NCBI RefSeq assembly: GCF_964188315.1
Contig: NC_135659.1
Coordinates: forward strand, 84,630,001 to 84,694,000
Direction: 5' to 3'
Origin: Podarcis muralis
Lineage: Eukaryota
DNA length: 64,000 nt
Part shown: piece by piece, positions 1-10,311 of the stretch
Numbering within the stretch: position 1 is the first letter of the stretch
Layout: each line of letters begins with the position of its first letter
Translations under genes and position numbers: made by a program
The notes under the pieces: generated by a model
What the model was told of the DNA's origin: nothing
Database searches by the model: none
The model's input: only the letters and a program-made list of their open reading frames with translations

Positions 1-330
1 ATTAGTATACTGGAAGGAGCGTCTCCACCCCCATCGTTCTGACCGGACACTGAGGTCCAGCACCGAGGGCCTTCTGGCTGTTCCCTCCCTGCGGGAAGTG
101 AGCTTACAGGAAACCAGGCAGAGGGCCTTCTCGGTAGTGGCGCCTGCCCTGTGGAACGCCCTCCCACCAGATGTCAAGGAAATCAACAACTATCTGACTT
201 TTAGAAGACATCTGAAGGCAGCCCTGTTTAGGGAAGTTTTTAATGTTTGATGCTTTATTGTGTTTTTAATATTTGGTTGGGAGCTGCCCAGAGTAGCTAG
301 GGAAACCTAGCCAGATGGGTGGGGTGTAAA
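1..330 (+). mobile_element. L2 LINE 3' end (subfamily A), runs off window start
   Basis: ORF2 C-terminal motif (AGGGCCTTCTCGGTAGTGGCGCC..TGTGGAACGCCCTCCC, RAFSVxAPxLWNxLP), then 3'UTR stem-loop and GGGTGGGGTGTAAATAAATT tail; same sequence recurs at 5330-5792 and 23866-24240. Confidence 0.85.
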
Positions 331-416
331 TAAATTAGTATTAGTATTAGTATTAGTGTTAGAATTAGAATTAGTATTAGTATTAGTATTAGTATTAGTA
401 TTAGTATTAGTATTAT
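331..416. repeat. (ATTAGT)n hexanucleotide microsatellite forming the L2 tail
   Basis: Direct reading; explains the poly-IL ORF 297-551. Confidence 0.95.
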
Positions 417-987
417 TTTAACACATAGGCCAAAAAATATGTGTTCCTGCTCCAAGGAACTTGCAATGACCCAACCACTCAGTGTGAATATGGAAGTGTG
501 TAGACTTCTTGAGAGAATATTGTGGCTGCTATGCTCCTCCTCTGGGTGCATTCAAATGAGAGGATTATTGCTTTAGAATTCTGTCCCAGTTTCTAACATT
601 CTTTCTACACTGCATTACCTGTTGACTTATGGAACTGTGTGTTTTTTAAAATCGATATATTGCCACACCCTGTTGAATTTCATTCACGCCAGTGGTGCAA
701 CACAACAGCAGACATCATTAGACATGCTGCCGTCCTTTATGAACCAGTGTGCTTCTACTTATGCACATGTGTCCCATTTTTGCACATTTGTGTATTGATA
801 CACATGTTACCCTAGCATATGTACTTTGGTACACATCATCTGGACAGAGAACTAAATGCAAATTTTAAACAAGCGGCCATTTTGAAGGATGGCTGTGTTT
901 TGGTTTGCAAATTATTTCAGAAAGTGTCAATTAGGCAGGTCTAAATGTGAAGAGAAATTAATTTCTCCCTATCCCTAGGGGGAGAAC

Positions 988-989
988 AG

Positions 990-1023
<34 letters not shown>
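988..1023. repeat. (GTT)n microsatellite
   Basis: Direct reading. Confidence 0.95.
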
Positions 1024-1543
1024 ACTATTATTACCCACCTTTTGAAAGAGCAAATCATCTGAGAATTGAGCTTCAGTGCTGAGAAGCAAATTGCACAAAT
1101 CACTGTTTGGTTCCATCTTTAACTTCACAATGTTCTGATGACATCAACGGTCCCTCAGGCAGCGTCCCAACCGTTAATGGGATGTCACAAAAACACCTTG
1201 ATACCTATATATAGTTTTGCTTTCTCCACTTGCCTTGGGAATATCCTCATATGTAGTGTTAAAATTGCATGGTTTCCTTGCAGGAGAAAAGCACTTTGTC
1301 TGTTCGTAAAACATTCTATTATCACACTTCATGATGAATGAGATGTGTTTATTTGTTTCTTTTCCAGCTGTCTTTATAGGATGATCTAAGGTTAATGGCA
1401 GAAATGCTACCAAAATAAATGGTTTCAGGTAGTCAAATCTTTCATCGGAGTACTTTGTTTTCAGCAAAACTTGGAGGCAAAACAAATGAATATCTGCGGA
1501 CTGTCGGAATGTATTCCTTAATACCAGCCACAAAAAAGAAAAC

Positions 1544-1544
<1 letters not shown>

Positions 1545-1602
<58 letters not shown>

Positions 1603-1604
1603 AA
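1545..1604. repeat. (GAAA)n microsatellite
   Basis: Direct reading. Confidence 0.95.
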
Positions 1605-1660
1605 ACGTCTTTGATTTTATGGATTTTCTCTCCTTAATCACCCATTTGTGATTGAACAAT

Positions 1661-1992
1661 ATGTTCAAATATATAAAAGGATGTCATATAGAGGAGGGAG
1701 AAAGGATGTTTTCTGCTGCTCCAGAGAAGCGGACACGGAGCAATGGATCCAAACTACAAGGAAGAAGATTCCACCTAAACATTAGGAAGAACTTCCTGAC
1801 AGTAAGAGCTGTTCGACAGTGGAATTTGCTGCCAAGGAGTGTGGTGGAGTCTCCGTCTTTGGAGGTCTTTAAGCAGAGGCTTGACAACTATATGTCAGGA
1901 GTGCTCTGATGGTGTTTCCTGCTTGGCAGGGGGTTGGACTCGATGGCCCTTGTGGTCTCTTCCAACTCTATGATTCTATGATTCTATGATTT
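1661..1992 (+). mobile_element. CR1 LINE 3' end, young subfamily
   Basis: ORF2 C-terminus ([47 protein letters not shown]), 3'UTR hairpin and (ATTCTATG)n tail. Confidence 0.95.
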
Positions 1993-2078
1993 CCTGCCTC
2001 CTATGTTTGGTCAAGTACAAAATTAACACTGAACTGCAGATTTGGGGTGCAATCCAACCAGCAAGGTCTGAAGTAACC

Positions 2079-2296
2079 TTCCTAAACATTAGGAAGAACT
2101 TCCTGACAGTAAGAGCTGTTCGACAGTGGAATTTGCTGCCAAGGAGTGTGGTGGAGTCTCCGTCTTTGGAGGTCTTTAAGCAGAGGCTTGACAACCATAT
2201 GTCAGGAGTGCTCTGATGGTGTTTCCTGCTTGGCAGGGGGTTGGACTCAATGGCCCTTGTGGTCTCTTCCAACTCTATGATTCTATGATTCTATGA
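2079..2296 (+). mobile_element. CR1 LINE 3' end, second near-identical copy
   Basis: Nearly identical to the 3' part of 1661-1992, with (ATTCTATG)n tail. Confidence 0.95.
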
Positions 2297-2951
2297 AAAG
2301 GAACAGGAACTGTTGTGAACTGCCTTGAGATGTATGGATATAGGGTGATATACAAATTTTATGATTATGATTAATGGTGATGATGCTGGTAATGATGATG
2401 ATGATATTAGAGCTTAGAATATAAGCTTCTCCAGTGCTATTATCTGCAAACACATCTATTGTATGGGAACAGGATAGTCATCTACTAGCACTGAAGCATC
2501 ATACTGTACAGCAAGGATGGGGAAGTGGTTGGTCTCCAACTCCCATTGGCCCAGGCAGCATGATCAATGGTCAGAGATGGTGGGCATTATGGTCAGATAA
2601 AATCTGGAGGACCACAAGTTCTCCATTTCTGTACTATAATATTTCACAGATGAAACCAGAGATGTTCCTGTTCACTACTTACACCTCTGTTCCTACACCA
2701 AAGACTGCTTTCTCAGTATTCCCCACCATCACATTGCTAATATCTCTACCCCTCCTGCTGTATACTAAGAATTTATCATGAACATTTAATTTTGTAAAGG
2801 CTTAGAAATGTATAAGAGAATGTTTACTCACACAATGGCACTTTCTGGAATAGCTGCAGCTGAAATAAACACAGTATCAAGAGATTCTAACAGGGAATTC
2901 AGGCAGCTGGCAGAGGGGGAGACGTCATAGAGCAAGGACTGTAATATTTTT

Positions 2952-3149
2952 AGTTACAGATGGGTAGCCGTGTTGGTCTGCCATAGTCAAAACAAAAAAA
3001 AATTCCTTCCAGTAGCACCTTAAAGACCAACTAAGTTAGTTCTTGGTATGAGCTTTCGTGTGTATCTGAAGAAGTGTGCATGCACACGAAAGCTCATACC
3101 AAGAGCTAACTTAGTTGGTCTTTAAGGTGCTACTGGAAGGAATTTTTTT
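2952..3149. mobile_element. Penelope-like element terminal fragment in inverted (tail-to-tail) arrangement
   Basis: GGGTAGCCGTGTTGGTCTG terminus, ~70-bp inverted arms (one mismatch) around a hammerhead motif; flanked by 12-bp direct repeat TGTAATATTTTT (2940-2951 / 3150-3161). Confidence 0.8.
3062..3099 (+). ncRNA. Minimal type I hammerhead ribozyme motif (Penelope-associated)
   Basis: Stem I GTAT/ATAC, core CTGAAGA 3066-3072, stem II GTGTG(CATG)CACAC, GAAA 3088-3091, palindromic AGCT stem III, UC cleavage site at 3094-3095. Confidence 0.75.
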
Positions 3150-3485
3150 TGTAATATTTTTGTTCTTTAAAAAAATTCCCTGTGCACCAGAATCTAGAGG
3201 CACTTGAAGACTTTGATTCTGGGAAATCCTGGTTGCCTCCAGGAGGTCAGCATTTTGCCGAAGAGATTCAAAAGTGTATACTAGGAATTCCCGGTTTGCG
3301 TAATTGAAGTGGATTAAAGTGCTCAGTCCACTTTAAAAAAACCTAATGGACTTTTTGCAATTAGGAAAGTGATGGGGAAATGTAAAAAAAAAAAAGAAGA
3401 AGAAGAAGTGTGGGATGAAGAACTGATTAATGGGAAGAGGTGTAAAGACCACACACGAAAATCAAGACTAATGCTCAATGCTGTA

Positions 3486-3688
3486 CAGTGGTACCTCGGG
3501 TTACAGATGCTTCAGGTTACAGATGCTTCAGGTTACAGACTCCGCTGACCCAGAAATAGTACCTCAGGTTAAGAACTTTGCTTCAGGATGAGGCCCCATT
3601 AGCTAAAGTAGCACCTCAGGTTAAGAACAGTTTCAGGTTAAGAACGGACCTCCAGAACGAATTAAGTTCTTAACCCAAGGTACCACTG
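3486..3688. mobile_element. Tc1/mariner (Tigger-like) MITE
   Basis: TIRs CAGTGGTACCTCGGGTTA / TAACCCAAGGTACCACTG, TA on both sides, internal CTTCAGGTTA(C/A)GA repeats. Confidence 0.9.
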
Positions 3689-3803
3689 TATAACCTCTGT
3701 GCAAACAGATCAACATGGCTGCTCAGTGAAGTGTGGGCACAGGCTGCCTTCACACTGTCTATATTTTTCAGGAGGAATTCAAGGGCATACTTGTGTTTTT
3801 ACA

Positions 3804-3847
<44 letters not shown>
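3804..3847. repeat. (AAT)n microsatellite
   Basis: Direct reading. Confidence 0.95.
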
Positions 3848-3848
<1 letters not shown>

Positions 3849-3859
3849 CAACTTTAAGA

Positions 3860-4050
3860 CCTCCTATTCCCTTCCCAGAACTACAATTCCCAGAGTTCCC
3901 TGGGAAGATGCATTGATTGTTAAAACCCTCTGACAACTGTAGCTCTGTGAGGAAAATAGGGACTTCCTAACAACTCTTAGTTCCCTTGACAAACTAACTA
4001 CAGTTCCCAGGATTCTCCAGGGAAAGCTACGACTGTTTGAAGTGGTATTT
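3860..4050. mobile_element. Fragment of old palindromic MITE family (same as 8371-9205 and 9694-9937)
   Basis: Shares ACTACAATTCCCAG, CAACTGTAGCTCTGTGAGG and AACTACAGTTCCCAGGATTCT blocks with the other copies. Confidence 0.6.
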
Positions 4051-4157
4051 GTTTTCTTATTTCATAAAGCTTATACACTGCTTGACTGTAAGAAGAAAAA
4101 ACTCAAAACAGTTTACAAAAATTATAAAGATGGAGTCTCCTGGGTACTAGACCGAAG

Positions 4158-4240
4158 TATTTCCCAATCCTGCCTTGAGATGCCACAGACTGAATCTGGG
4201 ACCGTTGGCATGTGAAGTCTTCCACAGAGCTAAAACCCTG
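4158..4240 (-). mobile_element. Degenerate tRNA-derived SINE head
   Basis: Reverse complement resembles the tRNA-like head at 27518-27610 (..GTCCCAGATTCAGTC..GGCATCTC..GGCAGGATTGGGAA). Confidence 0.45.
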
Positions 4241-4885
4241 GCAGTTTTTTGGGGGGCAGGCTAATCCCTCTTTGTGTTTGTGAGAGCTGTGAGCCTCTTC
4301 TCCTTCACCTGGTAGTTGTGAATATGAGTGACATAAGCATAGTAAAGAACTCTGGGAAATGCTATAAGAATAAATAAAAAAAAACCTTTCTGTCGGGGTG
4401 ACATTATAGGATGGGATGCAAGGGGTATCTTTCTTGCCATTGAAACCAACCATATTTTTTGTTAAACACCTCAGCCCTTTTTTTAAGGCAGAAAGCTTTT
4501 CCATTTTAAGCGGTAACTGTTAGCAGTGTGTGACATTTCTAGTCTGTCCAGGGTGTTACTAGTACATGACAGGTCAAGTCTGTCACCTTCATAAAAGCAA
4601 AGAACATCTAGGCTGGCACACTGCACTGCGGAGTCCCTCTGCGTATTACCAATGTCATACCAAATATTGTCAGCAGTATTTATCTGCTCTTCATCTCTGC
4701 CACTTATAGGAGCGCTTACAAAAAAAATAAATGGGGGAAAAAGTTCTGATTATTTTTGCATGAAGATAGCTTCTCGGCGCTTCCCCCGTGATGTTACAAA
4801 CTGCAAAGCAGATCTTTAAATATCCAGGAGAGCTAATTTGTCCTTGTGGCACCTATAATTAAAATACAAACCCTCCCAGGTGTAG

Positions 4886-4937
4886 AGTGTGTGTGTGTGT
4901 GTGTGTGTGTGCATGTGTGTGTGTGTGTGTGTGTGTG
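4886..4937. repeat. (GT)n microsatellite
   Basis: Direct reading. Confidence 0.95.
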
Positions 4938-5273
4938 CGAATACCTGTAAAATGAAGGTTATTGTTGTCTTTATTATTAATTAATTATTATCAGATGCTG
5001 TGATTTGAAAGAGAAGACCAGCCGTTAGGATTTGATGCTCCCTATTATCCTCATTAGGTACATGGTGAAATAAAGATGAACGAATTAACAAGGAGATGAA
5101 TTAATGATTAAGGCAGGCCGGCGTACTTTAGATTTCATTCCATTAAGAGTGAGGGGTGAATGTCAGGATGAGGGTTTTGCTTTCTGCCTGTAATTCCAGC
5201 ACATGCTCAAATGAAATTCAAGATTATATATATAAATATCATTAAACATTTTAAAACTTAAAACTTTCCTATA

Positions 5274-5325
5274 CAGTCATACCTCGGATTGAAGTAGCTT
5301 CAATTTAAGTATTTTCGGGTTGCGC
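5274..5325. mobile_element. Left end of Tigger-like MITE, truncated
   Basis: TA-CAGTCATACCTCGG resembles the TIR of 62335-62569; no right TIR found. Confidence 0.55.
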
Positions 5326-5329
5326 TCTG

Positions 5330-5792
5330 CAATTAATCCTGAACATGGCTGCTAGATTGGTGACTGGGAGCAGCCACCAGGACCATATAACCCTGGTCCT
5401 AATGGATCTATATTGGCTTCCAGTGCATTTCTGAGCACAATTCAAAGTGTTGGTGCTGACCTTTAAAGCCCCAAATGGCCCAGTATACCTGAAGGAGCAT
5501 CTCCACCCCCATTGTTCTGCCCGGACACTGAGGTCCAGCTCCGAGGGCCTTCTGGCAGTTCCCTCACTGCGAGAAGTGAAGTAACAGGGAACCAGGCAGA
5601 GGGCCTTTTCGGTAGTGGCACTCGCCCTGTGGAATGCCCTCCCAGCAGATGTCAAACAGATAACTATATGACATTTAGAAGACATCTGAAGGCAGCCCTG
5701 CACCAGGAAGCTTTTAATGTTTGCTGTTGTTGTTTTCCTGTATTTTTGTTGGAAGCTGCACAAATGGGTGGGGTATAAGAATTATTATTATT
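5330..5792 (+). mobile_element. L2 LINE 3' end (subfamily A)
   Basis: ORF2 C-terminal region (..LxWLPV..RxQFKVLVLTFKA..), 3'UTR and (ATT)n tail; homologous to 1-330. Confidence 0.85.
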
Positions 5793-6386
5793 AGAATCAT
5801 AGAATCATAGAATCATAGAGTTGGAAAAGACCACAAGGGCCATCGAGTCCAACCCCCTGCCAAGCAGGAAACACCATCAGAGCACTCCTGACATATGGTT
5901 GTCAAGCCTCTGCTTAAAGACCTCCAAAGAAGGAGACTCCACCACACTCCTTGGCAGCAAATTCCACTGTCGAACAGCTCTTACTGTCAGGAAGTTCTTT
6001 CTAATGTTTAGGTGGAATCTTCTTTCTTGTAGTTTGGATCCATTGCTCCGTGTCCGCTTCTCTGGAGCAGCAGAAAACAACCTTTCTCCCTCCTCTATGT
6101 GACATCCTTTTATATATTTGAACATGGCTATCATATCACCCCTTAACCTCCTCTTCTCCAGGCTAAACATGCCCAGCTCCCTTAGCCGTTCCTCATAAGG
6201 CATTGTTTCCAGGCCTTTGACCATTTTGGTTGCCCTCCTCTGGACACGTTCCAGTTTGTCAGTGTCCTTCTTGAACTGTGGTGCCCAGAACTGGACACAG
6301 TACTCCAGGTGAGGTCTGACCAGAGCAGAATACAGTGGCACTATTACTTCCCTTGATCTAGATGCTATACTCCTATTGATGCAGCC
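5793..6386 (-). mobile_element. CR1 LINE 3' ~600 bp with uninterrupted ORF2 C-terminus
   Basis: ORF 5877-6341 ([54 protein letters not shown]) plus (CATAGAAT)n tail on the + strand. Confidence 0.95.

Positions 6387-6427
<41 letters not shown>
6387..6427. repeat. (TTA)n microsatellite, continuation of the L2 tail split by CR1
   Basis: Same unit as 5781-5792. Confidence 0.9.
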
Positions 6428-6429
<2 letters not shown>

Positions 6430-7339
6430 AGTGAGATTTCTTCTGGAAACCAACCCATGAGATGTAATGAAACGGGGAGATTATATATATATAATTTTAT
6501 TTGGAGATGTACACTTGGAACAATATCAAAATATAAAGAAAAATGGCCAAATACTAAGTCCAGTTATTTCTCCATTCCTTACCCCCCAGCAATTCAAAGA
6601 AGACAGCAAACAAATATCAACAGTTGAGAGTGAATTCTGCACAAAAAATTATACTGCAACTGTGGAGAAATGGTTACCAAAGCAATCAATGTAAGACACA
6701 ATTTTTTTTATAAATACAAAAGAAGTCATCCTGTATTCCATATTGAGGCATCTTGAAATTGTGAGTTTATTATCTCATTTTCTTTAACATAAACATACAT
6801 AAACCATGAAAACGTACACTGCAAAAATTTTTTTGTTAGATTAGCAATGTCAAGGGAGGAGTGTTTCCAGCTCCTCTCTGCCTTTGGAAGCCTTGTAAGT
6901 TGCTGCAGGAGAGGGGTTCTCAGCAGCACCACAGGCGAGATCTTTCCAGGACCAAGGTGAAATCATCAAGCTCCTTTGAGATTTTTGCTTCTGCCAGGAG
7001 GCAGAATGTTGCTTATTTTAATCTTGCTTATATTTATAATACTGAAATGTTGGGGGTTTTTTGTTTGTTGCTATATTTGCTATTACATTGTTGTTTTATT
7101 GTGCTATTATGAAATTGTTCTTGCAGTGATTGGTTTTTCTTTCTTGTAAGCTGCTTTGAACATGGTTCTTTTTATGGAAAAGGAGCATACAAAGAAAATT
7201 ATGAATGAACGAACGTTTTTTTGCTGTAGTTTTTCTGCAACAGATACCCCTCCTGAAATGGTCGAGCACCATGAAACTGCTCTTTGCAGAATTTCAACTG
7301 AGCATGAATTTGTACCCTTTTATTCATCCCAATATGCAA

Positions 7340-7684
7340 CACGGGTGGTGCTGTGGGTTAAAACACAGGGCCTAGGACTTGCCAATCAGAAGGTCGGCAG
7401 TTCAAATCCCCACGATGGGGTGAGCTCCCATTGCTTGGTCCCTGCTCCTGCCAACCTAGCAGTTCGAAAGCACATCAAAGTGCAAGTAGATAAATAGGTA
7501 CTGCTCCAGCGGGAAGGTAAACGGCGTTGTCGTGCGCTACTCTGGTTCGCCAGAAGCAGCTTAGTCATGCTGGCCACATGACTCGGAAGCTGTACGCCGG
7601 CTCCCTCGGCGAATAAAGCAAGATGAGTGCCACAACCCCACAGTCGGCCGCGACTGGACCTAATGGTCAGGGGTCCCTTTACCT
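7340..7684 (+). mobile_element. Sauria SINE (Squam1), near full length
   Basis: tRNA-like head, GGTTCGAATCC-type B box, CTAGCAGTTCGAAAGC core, GGGGTCCCTTTACC tail; TATTCATCCCA repeated at 7321 and 7685 (probable TSD). Confidence 0.92.
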
Positions 7685-8514
7685 ATTCATCCCAGTGGAA
7701 GATACTTTTGTAACTTATGCAAAGTGCTTAAGTTCTAGAAAAAAGACAGTCGGAGGGGCTGAAATTTGCTCCACAAGCCCTTCCTCTTAAGCCCTGATGC
7801 GTCGGGGGGTGGCTTTACTTTTTCAGTGGTGAAGAAAATGCACTCTGCATCTGCTTGGGGGGGCCTTCCATCTATTCATAACACATTCCAAATTTAAGCC
7901 CTTGCTTTAAAAAACAAATGCTGGGGCTAGCCCTGGCACAAATCAACCAATCTCTGCTTACATTGGATGCCAACAGTCATGCAAAGCAGGAATAAAATAA
8001 ATCTGCAGGTGCTTCCCTGCTTTCCTATCCGAATGGACCTTTTTCTGCTGAACGTATGTCAAATCCTTTCAGATCAATATTAATATCTGACAAAGAATAA
8101 TATCAAATGTTTGTTCTCCTTTTCTTCCTATTGTTGCATCAACAGACTGCAAGATAAAAGAATCGCTTTATGACCAAAAAGCTTTGGATCATTTTGTTGA
8201 TGCTACCTGAGGCCTCTTTTGTCTGACCACGATGTTATGGTGCAATGGCGGTACGTGGAACATCAAAATACTGGTGTGATTCCCCTACTCTCTTCCTTTG
8301 AACGGAGACATGGAAGCAGTGAAAAAACAGCTGAGTAGCACCTGGATATGCTTAGCACCCATATTCATGATGCATTGAAAGCACCATGATACCACTTTAT
8401 GCAGCCATGGCTTCCCCTAAAGAATTCTGGGAGCTGTGATTTATTAAGGGTGCTGACACAGAGCTACAATTGCAGGAGTTTGCTGTGAAGAGGGACTGAT
8501 TGTCAAACCACTCC

Positions 8515-8864
8515 TTTTTTTTAACACACTACTTTATTTTCATAACATAAAACATAAAAACTTGCCACCGTAGTTGCAAACATAAATATTGGTCTGACCA
8601 TTCTTTTTATAAGAATAAATATTGGTCTGACCATTCTGCAAGACAGAGCTGTTCCACCAGGCCTTTGGCCAGGGCACAGCCTGACTCCCCCCCCCCCCCA
8701 CTCGGCAATCTTCGCGGAGCTCTAGCCCAATGGTTGCCAGTGGCTTGATTTGAATTAATTTTATAATGAATGGTTTTAGAGTGTTGTTTGTGCTGTACTT
8801 TTGTACTGTTTTATTGTTGTTAGCCGCCCTGAGCCTGGCTTCGGCTGGGGAGGGCGGGATATAA

Positions 8865-8921
<57 letters not shown>

Positions 8922-9063
8922 TCCTCTGACATGATACCTAGGAGAAAGGATTCTGTCCCCCCCAAATGAAAATCTAAACATCTTTTTCAGTTCGTTATAG
9001 ATATTTTCCCAGAATCCCACTCTCTCTTTGCACTCCCACCACGTATGTAGAAAGGTTCCTGCC
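8515..9063 (-). mobile_element. L1-clade LINE 3' fragment
   Basis: Minus-strand translation GTFLHTWWECKERVGFWENIYNELKK..ESFLLGI (Cys-rich ORF2 C-terminus), AATAAA plus poly(A) at the 8515 end, flanked by CCACTCC TSD. Confidence 0.75.
8638..8921 (+). mobile_element. L2 LINE 3' end (subfamily B) with (ATT)n tail
   Basis: KTELFHQAF ORF2 end, TTAGCCGCCCTGAGCC..GGGCGGGATATAAAT tail; homologous to 16259-16812. Confidence 0.8.
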
Positions 9064-9221
9064 CCACTCCAATAACTGTAGCTCTGCGAGGGAAATAACA
9101 GCTTCCCAACAACTCTTGGCACCCTTAACAAATCAAAGCTCTCAGAATTCTTTGGGTGGAGCCATTACTGCATGAGGTGGTATCATGGTGCTTTAAATGT
9201 ATGGTGTGAATTTAGCTGAGA

Positions 9222-9300
9222 TTCCTATTCCTGCATTGTAGAGGGTTGGACTAGATGACCCTTGGGTCCCTTCCAACTCTAAGATTCTATGATCCTATGA
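9222..9300 (+). mobile_element. Older CR1-type 3' terminus
   Basis: GGGTTGGACTAGATGACCC..CCTTCCAACTCTAAGATTCTATGAT. Confidence 0.75.
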
Positions 9301-9693
9301 ATGCAGCCATAGTCGGTGGTGAGAGACACTCTGCCATAGCCCTGACACTGAATACTATCTAAGAACAGCTTGGAAATTGAATTTGGGAAGCTTGCAATGC
9401 TTCCTTCAGTGCAAAACAAGAATGACGACCCTGTCCCAAGTACTTCTCCAACTTTGATTTAAACCTGAGCTGCCTCCCACCCATTGACTCCTCCTTATCT
9501 TTCATGCTGTTATGTTCTACGCACACCCTCCCGGATGCCTGGATGCATGCCAGACACAAGGAGCACTGGGCATTATCGCTTTTCCCTCATTGCTGACCCA
9601 TATCAGTACTGCTAGGAAAATGACTATCCCCAACAATCTGTGCATAAGGCTAAGTGAATCTGTTCTGTTTCCACACACACACACACACACCAA

Positions 9694-9937
9694 GACCATA
9701 TTCGTACCATACATTTAAAGGAGTATCATACCACTTTAAGCAGTCATGGCTTTCCCCAAAAAATTCTGGGGGAATAGTTTAATAATCCCTCTTCCCAGGG
9801 AATTCTGAGAATTCTATCTCTGTGAGGGGAATAGGGGTCTCCTAACTCATCATTAACAAACTACAGCTCCCATAAATTTTGCCGGAAAGCAATGATTGTT
9901 TAAAATGGCGCTTTAAATGTATGTTGTGAATGTGGCC
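9694..9937. mobile_element. Harbinger-like palindromic MITE
   Basis: Imperfect TIRs GACCATATTCGTACCATACATTTAAAG / CTTTAAATGTATGTTGTGAATGTGGCC; superfamily inferred from GGCC-type ends only. Confidence 0.55.
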
Positions 9938-10074
9938 TCAGTTTCTATTTTCCCCCCATCTTAAATTCAATTATCCACAGTTTGACATCAGTTTGCAATT
10001 TTTCTTTTTTCTTTTTTTAAATCCTTATGAAAATTCATCAACTGTTTGGTGCAAATTTCATCAATATTGTAAAC

Positions 10075-10210
10075 CAGGCTTTCTCAACCTCAGCCCTCCA
10101 GATGTTTTTGGCCTACAACTCCCATGATCCCTAGCTAGCAGGACCAGTGGTCAGGGATGGTGGGAATTGTCACCTCAAAACATCTGGAGGGCTAAGGTTG
10201 AGGAAGCCTG
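10075..10210. mobile_element. hAT (Charlie-type) MITE, 136 bp
   Basis: Long TIRs CAGGCTTTCTCAACCTCAGCCCTCCAGATGTTTT / AAAACATCTGGAGGGCTAAGGTTGAGGAAGCCTG; perfect 8-bp TSD TTGTAAAC. Confidence 0.92.
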
Positions 10211-10218
10211 TTGTAAAC

Positions 10219-10311
10219 CAATGTTTCCCAAACTTGGGTCTCCAGCTGTTTTTGGACTACAACTCCCATCATTCCTAGCTAGCAGGACCTGTGGTCAGGG
10301 ATGATGGGAAT
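10219..10311. mobile_element. Second hAT MITE of the same family, right end lost
   Basis: CAATGTTTCCCAAAC start, same GGACTACAACTCCCATCA..CTAGCTAGCAGGAC core; interrupted by a CR1 tail. Confidence 0.8.

Larger units (their letters stand above)
8371..9205. mobile_element. Long-TIR palindromic MITE (Harbinger-like), split by L1/L2 insertions
   Basis: ~85-bp inverted ends (AAAGCACCATGATACCAC.. / ..GTGGTATCATGGTGCTTT); interior resumes after the L1 at 9064. Confidence 0.65.

Noticed and set aside
5877-6341. 154-aa ORF as a host gene
   Set aside because: It is the CR1 ORF2 C-terminus in a 5'-truncated copy without promoter or RT domain
6430-6830. Possible L1 ORF2 C-terminal remnant
   Set aside because: Only vague similarity (..EKWLPK); the diagnostic H-x-WW-x-C motif is not visible, so not reported as a feature
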